A stretch of 63,232 nucleotides of DNA, the filler included, from Sluysia triapertura (taxonomy: Eukaryota), in the NCBI GenBank assembly GCA_046118255.1. It is 5 parts of 5 records of this genome, joined end to end, with 100 filler letters (N's around TTAATTAATTAA, not from the genome) between each part and the next. Parts side by side here need not be neighbours in the genome. Positions count along the whole stretch, not along the records: positions 51,326 to 63,232 come from JBJNIA010157603.1; 4 more parts are not named here. The stretch is one strand, 5' to 3'. The translations under genes were made by a program, and so were the position numbers. The notes below the pieces were generated by a model. The model had not been told where the DNA came from. It searched no databases and saw only the letters and a program-made list of their open reading frames with translations. Shown here piece by piece: positions 53,933 to 63,232 of this stretch; positions within the stretch are counted from its first letter, which is position 1, and each line of letters begins with the position of its first letter.

Positions 53933-54005
53933 GGACTGATAGCTCAGTGGTCAGAGCATCAAACTGTGAATCGAGATGTCCCGAGTTCGAATCCCGGTCA
54001 GTCAA
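53933..54005 (+). tRNA. tRNA-like sequence (GTG at anticodon position); likely pseudo-tRNA or tRNA-derived SINE head
   Basis: A box TAGCTCAGTGG and B box GTTCGAATCC. Acceptor GACTGA/TCAGTC and D stem GCTC/GAGC pair, and the T stem pairs 4/5. The anticodon stem TCAAA/TCGAG is largely unpaired. Confidence 0.6.
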
Positions 54006-54619
54006 TTTAATGAAGTCTAAAAATAAATAATAGAATGTTTTGTGTTCATATAAATATGGTGTTTTCTTTATTATTTGCTTAGTTTTAATAATAATAATAA
54101 TAATAATTTAAGTAAGAGTAATATATTTAATATAAAATAAGTACTCAAAATAAGCGCTTAAAATAAATTATCATTATAATATTTCTGAAATAGAAATAAC
54201 ATTGCATTCCTAAATACTTCATAATCTTCCACTTAAATTTAGCATTCTTTTGGTTTCAAAATAATATTCAATAGTTATTGTATTTATTCTGTACTTTTGA
54301 GTAGAATATACCATTATTAAAATCGATATTATCAGGACTGGTGGGCTATGAAATTTTTAACAAGGGACTAGCTCTTTTTTTCTCGAGAATCGTAATAACT
54401 AGTACTCTAGCAATGTGTCACTGCAACTGCCTTATAAAAACAATAATGTTAATTAAATGGTTTATTTTATACAAAAAACAACAATATTATATTAATAAGG
54501 AATAAAACAAACAAAATACAATAGAATAAAATAAAAAAATGTGACATTTGTAAAAAATAACTAAAAGTACTACTACAAGAAAATATTTCCAACTTATGCC
54601 AGAAGCTGCCATACTGTAT

Positions 54620-54998
54620 TTCCTTCCTGCTTCACGTCTTTTAGATTTATCCAGAGCCGAGAGATGATTTTTCAAAAAAGATTTAAGGGCATAGGGTTAA
54701 ATTCTTCTAAAGATTTCCCATTTAAGCATATCGTCATAAAATCCGACATAGAACTAAAAGCTCTTTCAGTTCAGCGATTATTTCCATAATGACCTTGGCT
54801 TTTATCACGGTGTTGGGAATTTCGATTTGGAACTAAATTCTACTAATTTCTACTAAGTCTCTAAAATCCTTTATTTTAATTTCATTTTTCAAAATAAAAT
54901 TCAAAGTTCTTATTCTCTTTTCTCCTTCTGGCCATGGACACGTAACTTCTTCCGTATTCCACGTTTCAGGATAACATACATTAAATATGTTTCTCAAG
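54620..54998 (-). mobile_element. hAT transposase C-terminal (dimerisation domain) remnant, KIAA1586/ZNF862-like
   Basis: FNVCYPETW...PEGEKRI...FRDLVE, then TERAFSSM..SDFMTICLNGKSLEEFNP..KNHLSALD, in shifting frames. Confidence 0.65.
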
Positions 54999-55694
54999 AA
55001 CAAGGGGCTCGCAAATCATAGAATAGTTTAACAAAGGGCTCGAGCGAGGGTCGAGTAGGTGAAAAATATTTTATGTCTCGAAGAAGCATCCAATAGGGCC
55101 AAATCTTATTTTGATTAAATTTGTATTATAATTAAATTATTTGTATTTTGTTTTAAAAATGTATATTATATAATGTATAACCATATTTCTGGATAGCGGA
55201 AGTAGTAATTAATAATAATCAATATTTCGAAAACATAGTTCTAAATGTATCGGGTTTGTGACCTTAAAACTGACCTTGACACTAAATAAAACAATCTTTT
55301 CTTGTAAAAAAGTAATTTAATGAAATAATTTTAAATACATTGTAAAAACTTGAAATAACTTTCTTGAATTTTGCAACATTTAATGCAGCATACTGTTTTT
55401 GCATGCAATAATTATTACAGAGGGAGTGTTGAGATAAGTTTGGTTATATTTTATAACTGATTTAATTATATTCAAAAAGTACGTTATTTCGTTTATATGT
55501 GCATTTGATTGTCAAATATATAGCCTTATTATTATTATCATTATTATTATATCATTATTATTTTCATTATTTTTATTATCATTATAATTATTATCATTAT
55601 TATTAATATCATTATTAATATTATCATTATTATATTATCATTATTATTATTCATATTATCATTCTTATTATTATCATTATTAATATTATTATTA

Positions 55695-55750
<56 letters not shown>

Positions 55751-56347
55751 TAAAATTTGGGAAATGTTTTTTAACAAAATAATTGTATATTTTCGAATAT
55801 TCTGTAACTATGTTGAAGTAAGATTTTTATTGGCCATAACCATATAACCAACTGTAAATAGCAAATAATTATTTATTTAAAAAGACAAATTCTATATTAT
55901 TCAATATATAATCAACTGCTTAACATTCTCACCACATATCAGTTCTTGCTTTTGAGCCCGCCGTCGCAAATGTGTAGCGAGTTTTCGAGAATATGTTGCA
56001 CTATTTTTTGGCAGTTAAAATATCACGAAACAAATCAAATATTTACAAAACAAATCAAATGATATTTTTTTGACGTATTACAATTTTTTCTATTTAAAAA
56101 TTTGATGCATTAAAACAAAAATATTAATCAATTAAAAAAATTGTATTACAAAGCGATGCATTATTTATGTGCTAGGATAATATTTTGATAAACAGTTTTT
56201 TGTTTTAATGAATTTCGAACAATTTTTTCACATTTTCTAATGATAATTCTTATTCTATATTATATTAACTTTCAATGTATAATTGTACATAATACAATGA
56301 CTTTTATATTAAATATTTCTTAAAGAAAAATTTAACTTTTGTTTCAG

Positions 56348-59300
56348 TTACACTCTGACAGTAGTGAATCTAGTAACAGTAGTGAAAATATTATTGAAGC
56401 AAAAGCAGTTCAACCGATACAATCTAGCAAAAATAATGGTAAACTGGTTTTTAATTTACTTCAGGGAAAATTTAATTGAAAATAAAAATTACACAAATTT
56501 AATTGCTGATTATTGTAAGTAGCTAAATATTGACATATTTTTCAGAGTTTTGAAGTTGATTACTACTGATAAATACGAACTGATCAGCTTAAAAAGAGTA
56601 TAAATGAGTCTTGAAAAAGCATGACTAAGACTGCTTGTAAAGTATTTTCATTGTCATCACCTTGCAAATCATAATGTCGAATTCGTTCTTAATGATATTT
56701 TTAAAATTAATTTATTAAAATTTAATTTATCAGAAGAGATATTAATAATGCTTGAAGGTTTGAAGATTCCTATGAAAAATGAAAAATAAAATAATATATT
56801 TTAGAAATTTTATTAAAATAATTATTTATTTTATTTTAGACGATAATTCAGAATTGGAAATTGCTATGAAATCAGATAATGATAATGAAGACGACGGTGA
56901 TGAAGAAGAAGAAGATGATGATGATGATGATCAAGTTAAAAATGGTTAGTTAGTAATCTTAGTATTTCTATACAATGGTGGTCAAATGTTTTTCTTTGGC
57001 CTGAAAAACTCTCCAGACATGAATCTCATAGAAAATCTATGGGAGATTGTAAAAAGAAGAGTTTCTACCCATAAAATAACAACCTTATTGAAACTTATTG
57101 AAACCCTGATATAAGTATAGCATCACGATGATGAGATCAAAGACTTTTGCCCCAAGTTCATTCGTGGTATGCCTTTAAGGATCAGGAAATTATTGGATAA
57201 CAAAGGAGGGCAAACAAAGTACTGATAGAACAGTTTGTACATATTTGATTTGTAGTAAATTGTGTTATCATTCTACATGAATAAAATTTCTATGTGTTTT
57301 GAATCTCAGTAGTTTTATCTATTATTTTACTTTCGCCAGAATTTTTTGGAGAAAGTAGTTATTTGACAACATTTTACATAATAGTTTCATAGTATCTTTG
57401 AAACAAGTTGAATTTTATCAGAAAAATGACCACCACTCTACAAAAATGAATGTTTGTATCAGTATGTACGTTCGTTGTTCATAGAAGCGCAAACTGCTTT
57501 ATCGATTTTGACCAAATTATGTGCTGATGACCCCCTGTGAACAGTAGCTCCCATTTCTCGAGATTCGCACCGAAGTTGCATAACCCATTATGTGGAATGT
57601 CCTATATAGAGGCTTTTATAACATTTACGTGCAATCCAGCTTGATTACCTGCACAATCACCATCGGATCGGCAGGACATTGCCACATGCATATTCTTCAA
57701 ACAAAAATTGAAATATTTGATGGATTTTATCGTCAAGCATCATGTTTTTGGTGGAACAAATTTTGATTTGGTGGAACAAATTGATATGGTCATTTCAGCA
57801 AATGCCGATGTTGATTCAGTTTGTTTCAAGTAGTAATCAAAAACATTATTCATGGTCCCTGTGGCTTATCCAACAATTGTTCATTTGGCATTGCACTTTG
57901 AAACTGGACAGGATAAAGTGCTTTACAACAGAAAGTGTACACGAAAGAGCTTTGTCACCACCACTGGGAGGAGCAGGTGCCCGGGGCGCAAAATTGCTTT
58001 TGGAAAAATAGAAAAAGAAATAAATAATTATCTGCTAGATCCACGTGGATGGATGTAAACTCCTGTTATATACATTGTTATTGTCAATGTAAAGTACTTT
58101 TTAAACCTTGGTGGTAGTGGTGTTTAAGAACGCCAGGTCGAGGTCTTGACCCTCCATGGGACACGCCCTCCGCATACTAATGGTCACCACCACCAAAAAC
58201 GTTAACCGCATTAACATATTTGCAGAGATACTACTTTACTCTGAAGTAAAGTAATGCATCATCGCAACAAGGTAAAGCACTTACAGAACATTTCAATTTA
58301 TATTCATTCGACACATTAGACCGTTTGCGATTACTTACGCAGACCAACATCTTTCCAAAATTTGAAAAATGTAAACGATCAAGCATGTACAAACTGTCGT
58401 GAGGCTGGTCAAAATTTAAACATTCACTCGATGATGTTTCGAATACTGCTCCACAACAACAACAAATACGCACATTATTTACAATCATTTTACAATCATT
58501 TGTCATCCAATCCAAAAGATCTTTGCGAGTAACCAATCAAAATTCGAACATTCACCCGATGCATTTAGGAATTTATGCACTGAATCGATTTTCAAACGAC
58601 GTTTTCGGTCAAGATTTGGAGCGAGAAACACCTTTTGGATGTATTTGTTAAAGCAAATCTTCCGAAAATGATTATGATAGAAATATGCAAGCAATTAAAA
58701 GTCAAAGTGGCGGATTACATTTCCTGGATTCAAAACTCTTCTCATTTCGCGTCATCCGGAATTGCGGCAACTCTTTTAGATGGTGGCCGAACAGCGCATT
58801 CAGCATTAAAATTGCTGTTGAATATGCAAACTACTGAAACACCACCTACTGAAATATCAATAAATAATCATGAATGGGTAGAGTACTTCAATCACGTCAA
58901 CTTATTATATGGGCGACGAAGGTACTTTGGTACACAAAACGCACTGGACTCTAAAAGCATCGTACTCTAAAAGTTTTAAGGATTAATTAACAGATTTTCG
59001 GTGGCGCAATAATGTTGTTGCCTAGTGTTAACAGTGACATCGCGTTCCACTCCTGGCAACATGTACAGAAATTAACTGTAACATCAGCTGAATGTTTAGC
59101 AAAACACTGGTTGGATATTGGGAATGGAAAACCTGTAATTGAGGAATCCACAAAACGTGTATTACATTGGCAATCAATTTCTGCTACCACAGTCAAACTG
59201 ATTCACACAAAGTTTTCCCAAACATCGCACAAAATTACAACAATCATCAATGGCTCCGTGAACATGCTGTATCAGCGATGTTAATGCAATCAATTTCACC

Positions 59301-60787
59301 AATGAAAACGAAATACAAGTCCATCGATACTTCAATCTAATTATTTCTTACCTCACTGTATTATCCCCGAATATTTTAATATTGAAAATTGGGGCGCTTT
59401 TTATTCTTCTCCGAAATATTAATCTGCCACGACTTTCCAGTGGTACCAGTTGTTCATTGAAAAGTTGATGAACAATATCATAGAAGCTGCTACAATTTTA
59501 AATGGAACATTTAAAATTTAAACGACTGTCATTTGCAATGACCATCAACGAAACACAAGGACAATCCATGTACCTAGCCTGCCCACGTGTCGGAAAACCT
59601 TTTCATGCATCAGATGGGAAAACAAAAAATATTGCTTATCCGAAAGCACAACAATAAACATAATTAGTACACAGAAATTTAAATAATGTCACAATAATTT
59701 TCTTCATATCAAGTAAATTGTAAATAGAAAATAGAAATTTCTTGTTTTAATAAGTATAATAATAATAACGATTATAATAATAATGAAAATAATAATGAAA
59801 ATAATAATGATAATAATCGTGATAATAATTATAATTGTAATAATAATAATTATAATAATAGTGAGAATGATAATAATGAATATGATAATAATAATTATAA
59901 TAATATTGATAATAATAATAATTACAATTATAATAATAACAATGATGATAATAATGATGATACTAACAATGATAATAAAAATAATAATGATAATACTATT
60001 AATGATAATAATCGTGATAATAATAATTATAATAATAATGATAATAAAAATAATTATTATTATAAAATGATAATAATAGTGATAATGATAATGATAATTA
60101 TAATAATGACTTATATTTCATTAAAATATTATTATTTTTAAAAATGAAAACCATATCACCAAAAGAAAATAATTCCAATTCGTCTTTTGTTCAAGTATTA
60201 TGTATCTAGAATATATTTTAATATGTATTATATTTTTAGAAGATGAAAACCAAAATAACAACGCATTAATAATTAAAGAATCAAAGCTACAACAAAAACA
60301 AACTTCGGTTATGAGTGATGATGATGATGATTCGAATGAGTCCTACTCAGAAAAAGTGGAATATGCAACACTTGTGATAAACAAACCGTTGGAAAAAAAA
60401 GATGAACCATCATCTATTTTACCTCAAGAAACATCATCAGCATCAGCATCGGAAAATGAAAATGAAAAAGAAGCTGAAGAAATTTCGAAGCAAGAAATTA
60501 ATGATCAAACAAAAGAAACAAAAGTAGTAGAAAATGAGCGTGAAGCTAAAGAAATGATCAAGCCAATTCCAATTGAAACTTCACCGGTACCTAAATTGGA
60601 ACTTTTTGTTGCTTCAGAACCACACAAAACAATTTCATCGACTTTATCCAAAGCACAATCAGAATCAACATCATCGGTATCTAGTAAGTCAGATTCGCCA
60701 TTATCTGGATATACAACTAGTTCGATATCGGAAGATCAACAGATAAAACAACATTATCCAATCAGAAAGCTAATATGTTATTATTAA
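56348..60787 (+). CDS. acidic Ser/Glu/Asp-rich protein, partial multi-exon gene (exons 56348-56438, 56840-56944, 60240-~60787)
   Basis: Canonical AG/GT sites with consistent phase-1 junctions (AAT G|AC, AAT G|AA). The splice gives LHSDSSESS...DDNSELEIAMKSDNDNEDDGDEEEEDDDD...EDENQNNNAL.... The start exon was not found and the 3' end may be frameshifted. Confidence 0.6.
56997..57225 (+). mobile_element. Tc1 (DD34E-type) transposase C-terminal remnant
   Basis: WP./NSPDMNLIENLWEIVKRRV...GMPLRIRKLLDNKGGQTKY*. Confidence 0.88.
57437..59657 (+). mobile_element. Helitron Rep/Pif1-helicase remnant with many internal deletions
   Basis: Ordered motifs: DRQDIA..FKQKLKYLMDFIVKHHVFG, IIHGPCG, PTIVHLALHFETGQ, QIRTLFTII, ASSGIAATLLDGGRTAHSALKL, DIGNGK, LLRNINLPRL, FAMTINETQGQS, YLACPRVG, KTKNIAYPKA*. 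A 3' hairpin/CTRR terminus was not found. Confidence 0.92.
57962..58182. mobile_element. hAT-type MITE nested in the Helitron
   Basis: An 8-bp TSD GTCACCAC (57954-57961 and 58183-58190) interrupts the Helitron peptide RALSPP|PKTLTA. Both ends match the MITE at 15366-15480, inverted. Confidence 0.85.
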
Positions 60788-61939
60788 CTCAAGATAATAA
60801 GAAGTATTTTGTTTTTATAAATATTGTAAAACCTCTTTTATATGCTTTATATGCTAATTCATTATGACTCATTAAAGTGATAGACTTTCTAGAACAAGCT
60901 ACACAAACGAAATTGTTCTATGTTGAAGAAAATATACTAGATTTAATTTAATTTCATTATTCTATCATTTTGGCCATACTTCCTGAATATTTAATATCTT
61001 CTTCTTTGAATAGGCACGATTTCATAATTCATATTAATTATCTTATACTTTATGTTAAAATATAACATAAAAATAACATATTTATATAACATAATATAAA
61101 TATAAAAATACTAGATAAATATAACAAACTAAAAGAGATTTATATTTATTAAACATATAAACTAAATCAAAACTATTTGTTCTTAGATAAATATATGATA
61201 TTAATATATTATGCATAAGTTTTAGTGAATAATAATGATACACCCCTGCATTTCTTGGAGGGTCCATTTTGAAAAGAAATAAAATTTATAATGTCGTACT
61301 TGAAACATAAAATATATGGCTTTTCTGCTTTTGAATCTGAACCATGAAACATTACATATTATTGTGGGACATGGCAGACAATAATATAACCATTTATCAA
61401 ATTGATTTACATTTGCACAAATCTTAACTTCTGTTCGTATTCTGACTTCCTTAGCAAATAAAACATTAATTGTCTCAATAATGTCTTCTTATAATTATTC
61501 TTTTCCTTGATCTATGGACCTTTTTCTGTTCATGTTTCTATCATAAACGTAAAATAAAATGTTGTAAATGTATTTCATATGTCTTATTATTCTTAAATAA
61601 TAATTTATTATTAATTTCAAGATCCTCAATCACGATATTGATTTTATTCTTTCAAATTATAGTTTTGAAAATAAATAACCTGTGTTTTCTTTCGAATACC
61701 ACCAATTTTGCAACTCATTACAACTTTTCTTCCGTATGGCTTTTTTATTAACAATGAATTAAGCCTAGATTTGTATATACAAGGATTAGTACACTTATCT
61801 TCTGTATAAGTATCTGTAATAATAATGTTATATAAATTTTAAATTGGATAAGTTATTTTAAATTGAATAAATTTTTAATAAAATTTAAATTAATAGTTTA
61901 GATAAATGAAAAATAATAAAAGGCAGTAAACGGTAATAG

Positions 61940-61982
<43 letters not shown>

Positions 61983-62484
61983 GGATTAGTTTATACTTCA
62001 TATTTATTATTATTGAATAGAAATATCATATTGGAAATTAATCAGAAATTTATGCATTGAAATAATTGGAAATTTACATGTATAATAAATTGAAAATTAT
62101 ATGTACTATTATTCAGAAATACCATATATATTGAAATAATTTATTATTTATAAAATTAGAAATAATTTATGTACATGAAAAATCGCGATACTATATATTG
62201 AAATTTTTTTGACAGTATAAAAGCGTGGAATTAAAAAACAATAATAAGACAAGTACAGTTGGATATTTTATGTGAGCAGTATCATATTAGTAAAAACTAT
62301 CGTGTTAATTTGGACAATCGACAATATTTTATGCTTGAACGATCGAAGATATCAATTGACAATTATATTTGAATATATACTGTATAAGTTTTATTATTAT
62401 TGTTTATCGCCTATTAATTGTAATATACTCAAAATTTAAATATAATAAAATTATTGTTAATTTATTTTTTTTAAATAAAATAAT

Positions 62485-62856
62485 TGTCAAAGAAGAGTGG
62501 AACCCAAAAATTAAATAAAACCAACACTAAAAGTGAATAAGTAATTAAATTAACTATTGAGTAATTGTTAAGTTACGATTAATAAATCAATAAGCACTTC
62601 TATCCTAACAGTAAGGACGAGTATCTTAACTCATACCTCCAGTTAAGTTTAATATAATACTAAGTGAAATTTAAAATATTTATAAATTTTAGAAATTTGA
62701 ATTGATAACGTATAGTGAGGAATTTTATAGCATAAAATAATAATCAGACATATCTAAATTAGATACAAAGAATTAAAAGCTAAATTCCCAAGAGTTAGAA
62801 GAAGAGTAAATTGTGTATCGAATAATCAATTAGATAACTAGTAAAATATTTTTACA
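62485..62856 (+). mobile_element. putative 5' LTR of an LTR retrotransposon
   Basis: TGTCAAA...TTTTACA termini, followed 3 nt later by a PBS and then a gag-like ORF. The left boundary is tentative because no second LTR lies in the window. Confidence 0.55.
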
Positions 62857-62859
62857 TTT

Positions 62860-62875
62860 TGGTGCCCAGAGTGAG
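62860..62875 (+). promoter_or_regulatory. primer binding site
   Basis: TGGTGCCCAGAGTGAG directly after the LTR end ...ACA; complementary to a tRNA 3' end resembling elongator tRNA-Met. Confidence 0.65.
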
Positions 62876-63013
62876 AATACTCGGTGCACATAGATATTCT
62901 AAGTTTGATAAAATACTAAGTAACGTTAAGACATGAACTTTTATATATTGTGTGAATTCATTTAATTGAAGTTTTATATATTTTATATATTTTGTTACAT
63001 TTTATCGAGAAAC

Positions 63014-63232
63014 CTGACAACTAGAAAAGGTACTAAATATCAAACAAAAGAAGATTATATAGAAGAAAATATATCAGATGACAAGACAATGCAAGAAAAT
63101 TTTATTAGTCAAGCACAAATGACAGAGTTAATCTCTGCTATGAATCGCCCTTTACTGAATCAAAGTTTAAAATTAGAAAAGTTTTCCGGAGACGAGAATA
63201 AGCTATTAGATTTTATAGCAGAATATAATGAG
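63014..63232 (+). CDS. gag: Ty3/gypsy-like gag N-terminus (runs off the window)
   Basis: Open frame (L)TTRKGTKYQ...MQENF...LKLEKFSGDENKLLDFIAEYNE. The FSGD..F..Y pattern is typical of gag capsid starts. First ATG at 63089. Confidence 0.65.
   Translation, partial: MTTRKGTKYQTKEDYIEENISDDKTMQENFISQAQMTELISAMNRPLLNQSLKLEKFSGDENKLLDFIAEYNE

Noticed and set aside
58231-58694. Minus-strand Cys-rich ORFs (CCCC motif)
   Set aside because: They are antisense shadows of the plus-strand Helitron coding sequence.

Overview
Very AT-rich eukaryotic scaffold window, almost certainly from an animal: it has short GT-AG introns of 40-50 nt, abundant (AAT)n microsatellites, and Ly6/uPAR-, Rab39- and TIR/SAM-type sequences. 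The compact introns and composition would fit a reduced invertebrate genome such as an orthonectid, but that is inference only. Four 100-bp gaps carry an artificial TTAATTAATTAA linker. Only one long intact gene is visible: a two-exon, ~715-aa helical/ARM-TIR-TIR-SAM protein (10278..8081, minus). A second, frame-disrupted tandem-TIR locus lies at ~37.0-38.3 kb. Other host-gene-like sequences are mostly broken: a zinc-knuckle-like segment next to a REX4/ISG20-type DEDDh exonuclease, a GT31 galactosyltransferase, an isolated ankyrin exon, an acidic multi-exon gene, and an intronless mosaic joining a Ly6/uPAR three-finger domain to the C-terminal third of a Rab39-like GTPase. The rest is a transposon graveyard: hAT-related, pogo and Tc1/mariner remnants, a Helitron Rep/Pif1 remnant with a nested MITE, piggyBac- and hAT-type MITEs, a tRNA-like (SINE-like) element, and the 5' LTR, PBS and gag start of a Ty3/gypsy-like element at the right edge. 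No CRISPR array or rRNA was seen. All domain calls are by-eye motif recognition, not database searches.
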